Positions 46,996 to 58,684 of a stretch of 64,000 nucleotides of DNA are shown in pieces. Position numbers and translations under genes: made by a program. The notes under the pieces were generated by a model. That model searched no databases, was not told where the DNA came from, and was given only the letters and a program-made list of their open reading frames with translations. Numbering within the stretch: position 1 is the first letter of the stretch; each line of letters starts with the position of its first letter. This stretch comes from an uncultured delta proteobacterium. Its GTDB lineage: Bacteria > Desulfobacterota > Syntrophia > Syntrophales > UBA5619. The stretch is taken from assembly GCA_963842685.1 (NCBI GenBank), contig CAWJHT010000066.1:11281-75280 (forward strand). The letters are read 5' to 3'.

Positions 46996-48005
46996 ATGAA
47001 ACGTGCAGGATTTTTTTTCATCGCGGGTATCATGGCCATGTGTCTGGCAGTCACTGCGAGTGCCGCGGAAAAGGTTACGGTTTACACTTCGCTGGAGACG
47101 GATGAAACGGTCAAATACCTCGAGGCGGCCAGAAGGGATATGCCGGACCTGGAAATCAACATCATCCGTCTTTCCACCGGTGAACTGGGTGCACGCATGC
47201 TGGCCGAAAAGGACAATCCCCAGGCGGATCTGGTCTGGGGGTGGGCCGTGACCAACATGGAAGAATTCATTCCCAAGGGCCTGCTGGTACCCTACAAACC
47301 CAAAGGCGTGGAAAGACTCGAACAGCGCTTTGTTCACCCCCAGTATTATGTACGTCGGAATCGATATGTACATCGCCGCCTTCTGCGTGAATACCAAAGT
47401 CATGCAGGAGAAGGGACTGCCCATGCCCAAGGGGTGGAACGACCTTCTCGATCCGAAATTCAAGGGCCTCGTGACCATGCCCAATCCGGTGGCCTCCGGT
47501 ACGGGATTCCTCCAGATCGCCAGCATCCTCCAGATGTACGGCGCGAAGGAGGGCAAGGAGGACGGCTGGGAATTCCTGAAGAAACTGGACAAGAACATCG
47601 GCCAGTACATCAAGAGCGGATCCCGTCCGGCCAAGATGACCGCCTCGGGAGAGTTTGCCGTGGGGGCCTCCTTCGAATTCGTCGTGGCCGAACTGATCAA
47701 ACAGGGCTTCCCGGTAAAGTTTGTCTTCCCGATCGAGGGTGCGGGATATGAAGTGGAGGCCAACGCCCTGCTCAAGGGGGCGAAAAACCCCAACGCCGCA
47801 AAGAGATTCCTGGATTGGGCCATCACGGACAACGCCATGAAAGAGTATTCCAAATTCAAGCATGGCGTGACCCTCCCCGGGATTCCCTCCCGGCCGGATC
47901 TGCCCAAATTGTCCGAAATCAAGCTCTACCCGATGGACTTCAGCTGGCAGGCCAAGAACAGCGAGGCCATCAAGAAGAAGTGGGAGAGCCCTCTTCTCGA
48001 AGTAA
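46996..48005 (+). CDS. ABC substrate-binding protein, putative 2-aminoethylphosphonate/Fe(III) family (frameshifted)
   Basis: Signal peptide, VTVYTSLE, STGELGARMLAEKDNPQADLVWG, MPNPVASGTG, QYIKSGSRP. Confidence 0.85.
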
Positions 48006-48014
48006 GCTCCATGT

Positions 48015-48050
48015 TTCCGGTCATCCTGCCTCAAGGCGGGATGACCGGAA
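48015..48050 (+). other. Stable intercistronic hairpin after SBP gene
   Basis: TTCCGGTCATCCTGCC-TCAA-GGCGGGATGACCGGAA. Confidence 0.7.
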
Positions 48051-48114
48051 TCCATGCCGTTTTTTTTGAACCTATTCTGTATAGAACTCTCAACATCTAA
48101 GCGAGGAAGGAAAG

Positions 48115-49202
48115 ATGGGAAGAGACCTCAAGCTGGAAAATCTCACCAAACGCTACGGAAATCTTACCGCCGTGGATCATGTCAATCTGGAGATCCAGGA
48201 AGGGGAGTTCATCTGTTTTCTGGGACCCAGCGGTTGCGGAAAAACCACGGTGCTCAGGATGATCACCGGATTTGAAACGGTTACGGAGGGGAAGTGTGAT
48301 CTTCAACAACCGCGTGATCAACGATCTCATTCCCAAGAAGCGGGAATTCGGAATTGTCTTTCAGTCCTACGCCCTTTTCCCGAACATGACCGTGGAGGAG
48401 AACATCGCCTTCGGTCTGAAGATGAGGAAGATGCCGAAGAAGGCCATTGCCGAACGGGTGGACAAGATGCTCGATCTGATCGGTCTGTCCGACTGGCGAA
48501 AACTTTATCCGGCCCAGTTGAGCGGCGGTCAGCAGCAGCGGGTCGCCCTGGTGAGGGCCCTCGCCCCGGATCCCCAGGTGCTTCTCCTGGATGAACCCCT
48601 GAGCGCCCTCGATGCGAAAATCAGGCTCCGCCTCAGGGCGGAGATCAAGCGATTGCAGCAGGAATTGAAAAAGACCATGATCCATGTGACCCACGATCAG
48701 GAAGAGGCCCTGTCCATTGCCGATCGTGTGGTGGTCATGGAAGGGGGGCAGTTCCGGCAGGTGGGACGGCCCATTGACATCTACAAAAACCCGACCTGCA
48801 GCTTTGTGGCGGACTTTGTGGGAACGTCCAATTTCTTTGAAGGGCGCCGTACCGGCGATGTCGTCGATATCGGCAAGAGAAAAATCAAGGTGAGGCAAGA
48901 ACGGCGCCGGGGCGGACGAGGCCGTTTCCCTGGCCATCCGGCCGGAAAATGTGGAAGTGTTCAAAAAGGAGGCGCCCCCCGAGGTCGACGAACCCATGAA
49001 CCTCGTCTCCGGCCGGATTGAAGTGGTGGTTTTTCAGGGTGCTGCCGTAAGACTTCTCATCAACATTGACGGCGAGGAGATCATCTCGGATATCAACGAG
49101 AAGGAGTTCGAGCAACGCTCTTTGAAGCGGGGGGATGAGGTTTATCTCTATTTCCCTCCTGAGGCATTTCTGGTATTTCCCGACGGGGAGGGGAAAAAAT
49201 GA
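48115..49202 (+). CDS. ABC ATPase, PotA/FbpC/PhnT-like with TOBE domain (frameshifted)
   Basis: [39 protein letters not shown]. Confidence 0.92.
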
Positions 49203-50969
49203 ACCCTATCGAACCTTCCGGAAAACGATTCTCCTCGTGGTTCACCGCCGACAATCTCTTCACCGGGGTGATCATGACGTTTCTGCTGGTCATCCTGGCC
49301 GTTTTCCTGCTCTATCCGGTGGTGGACATCTGCCGGTTGAGCTTCATCAAGGACGGGGCTTTCAGCCTGCAAAACTATCTGGATTATTTCTCCGAGCCGA
49401 GGATCTTTCGCTCCTTCTACAACAGCATGTTCGTATCCACGGTGACCATGGTCATCACCACGGTGCTGGCCTTCCTGTTTGCCTACGGTCTCACCCGCAC
49501 CACCATGCCGGGCAAGGGGTTCTTCTACACGGTATCCACGCTTCCCCTCATTGCGCCGACCATCATCCAGGCCCTGGCGCTCATTTTGCTGTTCGGCCGC
49601 AACGGCGTCATCACACGCTACCTTCTGGACACGAGCTGGAATATCTACGGCGCCACGGGCATCATCGTGGGAGAGATCCTCTACTGTTTTCCCAACGCCC
49701 TTTTCATTCTTTATACCACCCTGTCCGCGGTGGACACGCGCCTCGACGAGGCCGCACAGAGCCTGGGGGCCTCCGCCCTGAAAACCTTCTTCAAGGTGAC
49801 CCTCCCCTCGGCGAAGTACGGAATCGCCAGCGCCGCGGCGCTTACCTTCAACCTGACCATCACCGACTTCGGCATCCCGGTGGTGATCGGGGGGGACTAT
49901 TCCGTTCTGGCGACGGAGATCGTCAACAAGGTCTTCGGTATGCAGCGGTTCGACCTGGGGGCGACCATCAGCGTGATCCTCCTGGTTCCCTCCATCACGG
50001 CCTTTGCGATCAATTACTACCTGACCCGGAAGAGCTATGCCATGATCAGCGGCCAGGCCCGTCCCTTCATCCAGCCTTCCCGGCCGTTGAAGAAATGGGC
50101 GTTCACCGCTTACTCGACCCTGATCTGCGCCTGCATCCTTCTGGTTTTCGTTACGGTCTTCCTGGGCTCATTCGTCAAAACCTGGCCTTACGATTTTTCA
50201 CTCACCCTCAAACATTTTGACTTTCCGTCCCTCGGGGCGAGCGTTCCGTTCTGGACCGCGTTCTGGAACAGCGTCCTGGAGCCGGGACCGTTGCGCGACA
50301 TGATCGCCATCAAATACGCCCCCATCTGGACCAGCCTCCTGGTATCCCTGGTGGTGGCCGTGGTCGGGGCTTCCATCACCCTGGTGGCCGCCTACATCAT
50401 CGAAAAGAAGAAGCCCCGGGGCGAGCAGCTTCTCTACGCCCTGTCGGTTCTGCCGGCGGCCATACCCGGGGTGGTGCTGGGTCTGGGATACGTGCTGGCC
50501 TTCAACAAACCCTACTTTCTGATTTACGGCACAATCTGGATCATCATCATCAACGTCGTGATCGCCAACTTCACCCTGGGGGTTCTCTCCGGAACGGCGA
50601 ATCTCAAGCAGATCGACAAGTCGGTCGAGGAGGCTGCGGTCAGTCTCGGCGCCGGACCGGTGACCACCTTCACGCGGATCGTATTTCCGCTCTCCAAGGT
50701 GGCCTTCCTCTCCACGACCACCTTCTATTTTCATGCGGGCGATGACCACGATCAGCGCCGTCCTGTTTCTGGTTTCGGCGCAGATCAAGCTGGCCGCAAT
50801 CGAGATCATCTTCCTCGATGTGGACGGCCGAACGGCGAGCGCCAATGCCATGTGCACCGTCGTCGTGCTGATCGTCGCGCTGTTCCTGGTCGATCATGCG
50901 GATTACCACGGGCAGTTCAGGGCTCACGGGGATGAGCGCAACAAAATGAACGGAGGACCTGCGAAATGA
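49199..50969 (+). CDS. ABC permease, FbpB/PhnU2-like (fused double TM domain)
   Basis: Two EAA motifs (LDEAAQSLGA, VEEAAVSLGA), TDFGIP, IPGVVLGLGY. Confidence 0.9.
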
Positions 50970-51736
50970 ACATCATCGATCCGGACAATCCCATTCCCAA
51001 ATATCTGCAGATCAGCGCCTGGATCAAAGATCTGATCCAGTCCGGGAGGTACGAAAAGGGCGGCGCTCTGCCGTCGGAGGTCGAACTGGCCAGGATCTGT
51101 CAGGTGAACAGGAATACCCTCAGACAGGCCATTGCGGAATTGACGGCGGCGGGAGTACTGCGGAAGGAAAAAGGACTCGGAACATTCGTCTGTGCCGAGT
51201 CCCCTCTGGCGATCAAGCATCGGCTCAAGAATATTTCCAGTTTCAGTGACGACCTGCGGGAGCTCGGGATCAAGGAGACGACCAAAATCATCAAGAAGGG
51301 GGTGGAAGAGGCGAAGGAGCAGGTGTCCAAGAAACTGATCCTGGGCCAGAAGGGCAAGGTGGTGGCCATCCGTCGTCTCCGGACCGGCGACAAGGTGCCC
51401 TTCATCTACGAGGAAAGCTTTCTTCCCTACTTCACCTTCAGGGAGATACTGGAGATGGATCTGACCGCCTCCATGTACCAGATCCTTTACGAGCGGTTCA
51501 ATATCACTCTGGCCAGGTCTGAGCAGACCATCCGAGCGGTCAATCTGAAAGGTCGCATAGCGACCTATCTGAATGTACCTGAAAATACTGCGGCATTTTT
51601 CATGGAGAGTCTGACCTATGACGAGAACAATTGCCCGGTGGAGCTTTTATACTCTTATTACCGGGGAGACAAGTATGTTTTTGAGGTTGAACTCAGCCGT
51701 TACCATATCAAGGAGAATCCATTGCACGAGGAATAA
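50966..51736 (+). CDS. GntR/HutC-family regulator with UTRA domain
   Basis: PKYLQI, LPSEVELA, TLRQA, GLGTFV, YYRGDKY. Confidence 0.93.
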   Translation: MNIIDPDNPIPKYLQISAWIKDLIQSGRYEKGGALPSEVELARICQVNRNTLRQAIAELTAAGVLRKEKGLGTFVCAESPLAIKHRLKNISSFSDDLRELGIKETTKIIKKGVEEAKEQVSKKLILGQKGKVVAIRRLRTGDKVPFIYEESFLPYFTFREILEMDLTASMYQILYERFNITLARSEQTIRAVNLKGRIATYLNVPENTAAFFMESLTYDENNCPVELLYSYYRGDKYVFEVELSRYHIKENPLHEE

Positions 51737-51760
51737 GCTTGCTTTTTGTAATGAGAGTGG

Positions 51761-51770
51761 TGTATATACA
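51761..51770. promoter_or_regulatory. HutC-type operator palindrome
   Basis: TGTATATACA in AT-rich gap between the GntR gene and the transaldolase-like gene. Confidence 0.7.
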
Positions 51771-51813
51771 TCTAAACATGAAATAACATAAAAACGGTAA
51801 ATGAGGGGGAACT

Positions 51814-53025
51814 ATGAAAGAATACAATCTGTTGGAGGAACTGGTCCAGGTGAGTCCCGGGATGGAGATCTGGTGGGATTCTTCACCCGTGATCTTTGCA
51901 AACTGGTGCCGGAAGATGCTTGCCAAGGCGCCGGAGGGAGATAAGGAGACGCTGAAGCGCCAGTTCGACCGGATGTACAATGGGAAGGACGACAAGAACT
52001 CCCTGTTCCGCGGCGTCACGACCAATCCTGCCTTGTCCTTGCAGGCCATCAAGGATGACGAGCCTTATTGGAGGGAAGTGACCAAAGGGATTATAGGTAA
52101 GAATAAAGGGATAGACAAGGAGTCCCTCTTCTGGCTTCTTTATAAAGAGGTGGTGAAGCGCGGTTCCGACATGTTCCTGCCTCTCTTTGAAAAGACGAAT
52201 TTTCGCGAAGGATTTCTGTCCGGTCAGGTGGATCCGCGGAATGCATTCGACAAGGATGCCATGTTGAAGCAGGCGATGGACTTGGTCACGATCAATCCCA
52301 ATGTGATGATCAAGATACCCGGTACGAAGGAGGGTTACGAAGTCATCGAGATCCTCACCTCCCGGGGGATAGCGACCAACAATACGCTGACCTTTGTCTT
52401 GCCCCAGTTGATGGACTGCGCCAAATCCGTGCAGAGGGGTCTGGAAAAGGCCAAGAAGGACAATGTGGATCTGTCTCGCTGGCGGTCCGTGATCACCCAT
52501 ATGGAGGCCCGCTACGGAGATCTGGGAGGTTTAAGGGACTTTGCAAAGGAAAAAGGGATAGAGCTTTCCGAGGCCGATGTGCGTCTGGCGGAACTGGCGA
52601 TTTTCAAGAAGGCCTACCGTCTGATCAAAGAGAGAAACTATCCGAGCAAGCTGCTCTCCTGTTCACTCCGTGTGGGACCGAAGGTGAATGGCGTCCTGAA
52701 GCTGTGGCATCTCGAGGAGAAGGCGGGGGCAAACATCGTCGTCACCTGTCCCCCGACGTTTATCGATGAGGTGATCCATTTCCCCGGTCCGGAAAATATT
52801 TCCTTTGTGAAGGGACGTATCGATCAGGAGATCCCCAAAGACGTGCTGGATAAACTGCTGAGGGTTCCCTATTTTGAAAGGGCTTACGCGGAAGACGGCT
52901 ATACCCGTGACGAGTACAACAGCCATCCGTCGCTCGTCAAGACGGCGCAGCAATTTTCGAAGGCGACTGAAGATATGGTGGAATTTACCGACAAGTGCCT
53001 TGCGGAGTCATGTCTCCATGCATGA
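51814..53025 (+). CDS. Divergent transaldolase/FSA-family Schiff-base enzyme
   Basis: WWDS, GVTTNP, SGQVDP, MIKIPGT, NNTL, SCSLR. Confidence 0.85.
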   Translation: MKEYNLLEELVQVSPGMEIWWDSSPVIFANWCRKMLAKAPEGDKETLKRQFDRMYNGKDDKNSLFRGVTTNPALSLQAIKDDEPYWREVTKGIIGKNKGIDKESLFWLLYKEVVKRGSDMFLPLFEKTNFREGFLSGQVDPRNAFDKDAMLKQAMDLVTINPNVMIKIPGTKEGYEVIEILTSRGIATNNTLTFVLPQLMDCAKSVQRGLEKAKKDNVDLSRWRSVITHMEARYGDLGGLRDFAKEKGIELSEADVRLAELAIFKKAYRLIKERNYPSKLLSCSLRVGPKVNGVLKLWHLEEKAGANIVVTCPPTFIDEVIHFPGPENISFVKGRIDQEIPKDVLDKLLRVPYFERAYAEDGYTRDEYNSHPSLVKTAQQFSKATEDMVEFTDKCLAESCLHA

Positions 53026-53084
53026 CCCCGTCTGGCAATGATTGAACTGTCTGAACCCATTCGTCATGATGAAAGGAGAATCTC

Positions 53085-54179
53085 ATGAAACAGTTAAAAG
53101 ATTGGTTTGTCCCCTGGTTGCTCACCGCACGGGAATACAACACCGCCATACTCGACAAGGCCTGGGCGAAGCCCGATTACGGCCGCCTGATGCTCAATGA
53201 AAATCCTCTTCCCCCTTCCGAGAAGGTGATCAAGGCGGTGACGGATATCCTCTCCAAGGGGAACCGCTATCCCGACAGCATGCTGCGGTTGCGGACCAAA
53301 CTGGGAAAGCTGCACAACCTGGGGCCGGACAATATCGGCCTGTGCAACGGCTCCTCGGAGATCATCGATTGCATGATGCGGATCTTCCTCCAGCCCGGCG
53401 ACGAATTCATCGTCTCCACGCCCACCTTCGAGCTCTTCCCGCCGCGGGCGGAACTGGCGGGCGGGAAGGTGGTCTCCGTTCCGCTGCGGAAAGAGGATCT
53501 CCAGTACGACGTGGACGCCATGCTCAAGGCGATCACCCCCAAGACCAAGCTGATCCTCGTCATCAACCCCAACAACCCGACGGGCATCTTCATCGACGAC
53601 AAGGACCTGATCCGTTTCTGCGAGACGGGAATCCCGCTGTGCATCGACGAGGCCTATCTGGACTACCATCCCGAGATCCCGTCCAAGGACTTCCTGCTCA
53701 AGAAGTATCCCCAGGTCTTCCTCTCCCACACCTTTTCGAAGGCCTACGGCTTTGCCGGCATCCGCTTCGGGTACGTGGTGGGGACGGAGGAGATGGTCAA
53801 GGCCTTCAACGCCATGTTCCTGCCCTGGAACGTGAGCCTGATGGCCATGGCGGCGGCGGAGGCGATCCTGGACAACCCGGGGGAGGTTGCGGCGAAGGTG
53901 AAGCACAACAACCGCTGGATGGATATCTTCACCAAGGAACTGGTGCAGGTCGGCCTGAAGCCCTTCCCGGCGCACGGCAACTACATGCTCATCGATGCCA
54001 CCATGACCGGCAAGACCACCGCCGAGATCCTGGCGGCGGGGCTGGAGATGGAGCAGATCTTCCTCAAGAGCATCAAACCGATCCACGGCAAGGACGGCTA
54101 TTTCCGGGTGACGCCCGGCGTGGACGAGGAAAACGAGCGGTTCGTCCGGTTTGTCCGGAACTATTTCGGGAAGAAATAA
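53085..54179 (+). CDS. HisC-like class I/II PLP aminotransferase
   Basis: NENP, NGSSEII, NPNNPTG, DEAY, TFSKAYGFAGIRFGY. Confidence 0.88.
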   Translation: MKQLKDWFVPWLLTAREYNTAILDKAWAKPDYGRLMLNENPLPPSEKVIKAVTDILSKGNRYPDSMLRLRTKLGKLHNLGPDNIGLCNGSSEIIDCMMRIFLQPGDEFIVSTPTFELFPPRAELAGGKVVSVPLRKEDLQYDVDAMLKAITPKTKLILVINPNNPTGIFIDDKDLIRFCETGIPLCIDEAYLDYHPEIPSKDFLLKKYPQVFLSHTFSKAYGFAGIRFGYVVGTEEMVKAFNAMFLPWNVSLMAMAAAEAILDNPGEVAAKVKHNNRWMDIFTKELVQVGLKPFPAHGNYMLIDATMTGKTTAEILAAGLEMEQIFLKSIKPIHGKDGYFRVTPGVDEENERFVRFVRNYFGKK

Positions 54180-54180
54180 C

Positions 54181-54948
54181 TTGCAGATCTATGTATGCCT
54201 GAAGCATGTCCCCGACACCGCGGCCAATATCAGGCCTCTGGGCGGGACGGAATTTGACGAATCCGTCAAGTTCATCATGAATCCCTACGACGAATACGCG
54301 CTGGAGCAGGCCCTCCTGATCCGGGAAAGCGGCTCCGGCGCCGAGGTCGTTGCGGTCACGGTCGGCAAGGAGGCTGCGGCATCCACGCTGCGGACGGCCC
54401 TCGCCATGGGCGCCGACCGGGCGATACACGTCAGGACGGAGACCTATTTTACGGACGCCGTCGAGACGGGGCGACTCCTCCACCGGGCCATTTCCCTGGA
54501 CGGTTCCCCGGATCTGATCCTGACCGGCCGGCAGTCGGTCGATACGGAAGGGATGCAGATCCCCTACCGACTGGGGGTTCTCTTCGATATGCCGGTGGCC
54601 GTGAACGTGGTGGCCTTTTCCATGGCCGAAGGTCTGGTCACCGTGGAGCGGGAGATCGAAGGGGACGTCCGCGAGGTGATCGAGATGACCATGCCTTGCA
54701 TCGTCGGCGCGACCAAAGGGCTCAACCGCCCGCGCTGTGCCACCCTGCCGGATATGATGAAGGCGAAAAAAAAGGAGATCCGTGTGATGACCCGGGCCGA
54801 TCTCGGCACGGCGCCAAACCCGCCGGCCGTGGAGCTCCTGGAGCTTCAACCGGCGCCGGACCGCGGCCGGGGGAGGATCCTGGAGGGCTCTCCGGACGAA
54901 ATGGCGCGGGAGCTCTTGCGGCACCTCAGGGCAAACAATACTCTGTAA
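54181..54948 (+). CDS. etfB: Electron transfer flavoprotein beta subunit
   Basis: VCLKHVPDT, NPYDEYALE, ALAMGAD, GRQSVD, MKAKKK. Confidence 0.93.
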   Translation: MQIYVCLKHVPDTAANIRPLGGTEFDESVKFIMNPYDEYALEQALLIRESGSGAEVVAVTVGKEAAASTLRTALAMGADRAIHVRTETYFTDAVETGRLLHRAISLDGSPDLILTGRQSVDTEGMQIPYRLGVLFDMPVAVNVVAFSMAEGLVTVEREIEGDVREVIEMTMPCIVGATKGLNRPRCATLPDMMKAKKKEIRVMTRADLGTAPNPPAVELLELQPAPDRGRGRILEGSPDEMARELLRHLRANNTL

Positions 54949-54966
54949 ATTCGAGAATCGGAAACC

Positions 54967-55915
54967 ATGGCGAAGATCGGCGTTCTCATCGAAACCAAAG
55001 ACGGGGAGGTCAGGAAGACGACCCTGGGCGTCCTGACGGCGGCGAGGCAGGATCCGGGAGGGGAGGTGTACGCCCTTCTTCTGGATCCGAACGCCGAGGG
55101 GTGTCGCGAGTCGTTGAAGCAGTACGGCGCGGACAGGATCGTGGCCATCCAAACGCCGGAGGCGGAGATCGCCTCCTTTCCGGAGGGGCAGGCCGCGGCG
55201 CTGGCATCCGCCGTCGATCATTTCCAACTCGATGCCCTCCTGGGGTCGTCCGGCCAGACCGGAAGGGATCTGCTGGCCCGGGTCGCATCGCTCAAAGGGG
55301 CGCCTCTGGTTCTGGATTGTCTTCATGTCGATCTTGCCAAGGGAGTGGTCCGGAAATCCCACTTCTCCGGCAGGACGACGGCCGATCTTCGGTTGAACGG
55401 ACGGCCCTGGATCCTGGGGATTCGACCCAATGCCGTTCCCGAACGCGTCGATCCCCGGCCGGGGGAGATCGTCGAATACAAGGTCGCGGATCCCTTCCCG
55501 AAAAGAATGGTGATCCGCCGGATCCGCCGGGGTGATGCCGGGGGACCTGACGTCTCCGAGGCCGAGATCGTCATTTCCGGCGGTCGCGCCCTGGGATCGG
55601 CGGAAAATTTCCAGATACTGCGTGAGTGCGCATCCCTTCTCGGGGCGGCGGTCGGGGCCTCCCGGGCGGCCGTGGACGCCGGCTACGCGCCGCATGCCCT
55701 GCAGGTGGGCCAGACCGGGAAAACCGTCAGCCCCAGACTCTACATCGCCTGCGGCATCTCCGGATCGGTTCAGCATTTCGCGGGAATGAAGACCTCCAAG
55801 GTGATCGTCGGGATCAACAAGGACAAGGATGCGCCTGTTTTCCAGAAATGCGATTACGGCCTTCTCGGCGATCTGTTCGAGGTTGTCCCGGCCTTGACGA
55901 AGGCGCTGTCCGTAA
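54967..55915 (+). CDS. etfA: Electron transfer flavoprotein alpha subunit (stop probably shifted by an indel)
   Basis: SGGRALG, GASRAAVDAG, QVGQTGK, GISGSVQH, INKDKDAP, GDLFEVVP. Confidence 0.93.
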
Positions 55916-55962
55916 CTCTAATAATTACACTGCGGTCCTCGCAGGTGCACGCTCAAATCAAT

Positions 55963-56044
55963 CCCTTGCGGGGGAGGGTTAGGGTGGGGGGAAAACCGGA
56001 TCCAGTGTACTCCCCCCCCTTATCCCTCCCGCCAGGGGAGGGGA
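55963..56044. repeat. REP-like CCCTCCC/GGGAGGG inverted repeat pair
   Basis: GGGAGGGTTAGGGTGGGGGGA paired with TCCCCCCCCTTATCCCTCCC plus internal CCCTCCC..GGGGAGGG hairpin. Confidence 0.7.
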
Positions 56045-56119
56045 TACGAAAGAAAATTACAAGTACTGGTTCGGATCGAACCCATTTCCGGGACTTCCTG
56101 AAAGTGAAAGGAGTGAATC

Positions 56120-58541
56120 ATGCGCGACAGTGCACAGGTTGTCATTATCGGCGGAGGCATCGTGGGCTGCAGCATCGCCTACCACCTGACCAAGATGGGA
56201 TGGCGGGATGTGATCCTCCTGGAAAAGGGCGAATTGACCAGCGGCTCCACCTGGCATGCGGCGGGCCTCGTGGGACAGCTCCGCTCCCACCGGAACGTGA
56301 CCCGGATGCTGCAGTACAGCGTCAGCCTCTACAAGACCCTGGAGGCGGAGACGGGACTCACGACGGGCTGGAAGCAGAGCGGCTGCCTCCATCTGGCGAG
56401 CACGCAGGAGAGGATCCTCGAACTGAAGAAGGGGGCCACCACCGCCCGCAGCTTCGGTCTCGACCTCCACATGATCACCCCCGAAGAGGCGCTGAAGCTC
56501 TGCCCCATCCTCAACATGGAGGGGATCATCGGCGCGGCCTTCATGCCCTCCGACGGCCAGGCCGACCCCAGCGGCCTGACCATGGCCATGGCCAAGGGGG
56601 CCATGAACCGCGGCGCGACAATGGAGCAGAAGACCCTGGTCACGGGATTCGAGATCCGGAACAACCGCGTTGAAGCCGTGGTGACGGACAAGGGAACGAT
56701 CCGCTGCGAAACGGTCGTCAACGCCGCGGGCATGTGGGGCCGGGAGATCGGCCGCATGATGGGCGTGAACATCCCCCTGGTTCCCTTCCAGCACCAGTAC
56801 CTCGTGACCGAGGCGATCGAGGGCGTCCCGCCGAACATGCCGACGCTCCGGGACAAGGACAGCCTCCTGTACTACAAGGAAGAGGTGGGGGGACTGGTCA
56901 TGGGCGGCTACGAGCGGGACGGCATCCCCTGGTCCATCCGGGGAGTCCCCAAGGGGTTCACCCAGGAGCTTCTGGAGCCCGACTTCGACCATTTCGAATC
57001 CATTTCGCAGGCGGCCGTGAACCGGACGCCCTGTCTCGGCTACGGCCGGGATTGCGCGGCTCGTCAACGGACCGGAGGCCTTCACCCCGGACGGGAACTG
57101 CATGCTGGGACCGGCCCCGGAGCTTGACAACTGCTTTGTCGCCGTCGGGTTCAACGCCTTCGGGATCGCCGCCGGCGGCGGCGCCGGGAGGATGGTGGCC
57201 GAATGGATCGTGGAGGGGGAGCCGAGCCTCAACATCTGGCCGCTCGACATCCGCCGCTTCGGACAGTACCACCGGAGTCTGAAGTACAATGTCGAACGGA
57301 CGAAAGAGATCTACGGCAAGCACTACACCATCTCCTGGCCCCATGAGGAGCACGATTCGGCCCGGGGGGTGAAGCGCTCGCCCCTCTACTGGCTGCTCAA
57401 GGAGAAGGGGGCGGTGTACGGGGCCAAATACGGCTGGGAGCGGTCGAACTGGTTCGCACCGGCCGGGGTGGCCCCCGAGGATTCCCTCACCTTCGGGATT
57501 CCCAACTGGTTCGAACACGTGGCCGCGGAGCATCGGGCGGCGCGCGAGGCGGTCGTGCTGATCGACCAGTCCTCCTTCAGCAAGTTCGAGGTGACGGGGG
57601 CCGGGGCGCTTGCCTTCCTGAATCATGTGGCGGCGGCAATCTGGACCGGCCCGTGGGATCGACCGTCTATACCCAGCTCTGCAACGAACGGGGGGGAATC
57701 GAAGCGGACATCACCATCTCCCGGGTGGAAGAAGAGAGATTCTTCGTGATCACGGGTACGGCCTTCGGGGTGCACGATTTCCAGTGGCTCAAACGGCATC
57801 TGCCGAAGGACGGCTCCGTCTCGCTGCGCGACGTCACCTCCTCTTTGGCGATGATCAATGTCTGCGGTCCCTCTTCGCGGGAACTCCTGCAGCGTCTCTC
57901 GGAGGACGACTTCGGCAACGACGCCTTTCCCTTCGGTCAATGCCGGCAGGTCGTCATCGGTTACGCCCCGGTGCTGGCCCTCCGGGTGACCTACATCGGC
58001 GAATTGGGCTATGAACTCTACATGCCGCCGGAATACGCCGCCAATCTCTACGAGAGCCTCTGGCTGGCCGGGCAGGATCTCGGGATCCGGAACGCCGGAT
58101 ACCGGGCGATCGATTCGCTCCGGCTGGAGAAGGGCTACTGCTACTGGGGCGCCGAGGTATCGCCGGATTACAGCCCCTACGATGCGGGGATCGGTTTTGC
58201 CGTCAGTCTCGACAAGGGTCCCTTCGTGGGGCGGGACGCCCTGCTGAGGATCAAACAAGAATGGGCCGGCCTGGAAGCTCTGCCTGTTCACCCTGGATGC
58301 CGACCGTCCGATGCTCCTCTACGGGGGAGAGACCATCACCTGCCGGGGCAAGGTGGTCGGCGTGGTCTCCAGCGGCGGTTTCGGACACACCGTGGGAAAG
58401 ACGATCGCCATGGGTTATCTGTCCGCCGAGGACTCGCAGGCTGCCGACGGTTATGCGGTCGAGGTCTTCGGGGAGTCCTTTCCGGCGACGCGTCTGGCAA
58501 AGGCCCCGTATGATCCGGAGCGCCGGAGGATTTTTCTGTAG
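56120..58541 (+). CDS. Dimethylglycine/sarcosine dehydrogenase-like FAD oxidoreductase with GcvT folate-binding domain (frameshifted)
   Basis: IIGGGIVG, LTSGSTWHAAG, GWERSNWF, YTQLCNERGGIEADIT, YIGELGYEL, SLRLEKGY, PYDPE. Confidence 0.92.
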
Positions 58542-58684
58542 GCCGAATAAACGATTAATGGTAACATTGAACAGAAGCAATTTGATGCTTGGATGAAAGC
58601 GGGCGGACGCCCGGGGATACAATGATGGGAAGGGGGATCATGCCATAGGTTAAACCAGATTATTTTAGAAGAAGGAGGGAACAT

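Noticed and set aside
54967-56673. 568-aa EtfA fusion ORF
   Set aside because: EtfA similarity ends near 55910 with a TAA one base out of frame; the extension runs through a repeat and off-frame over the next gene
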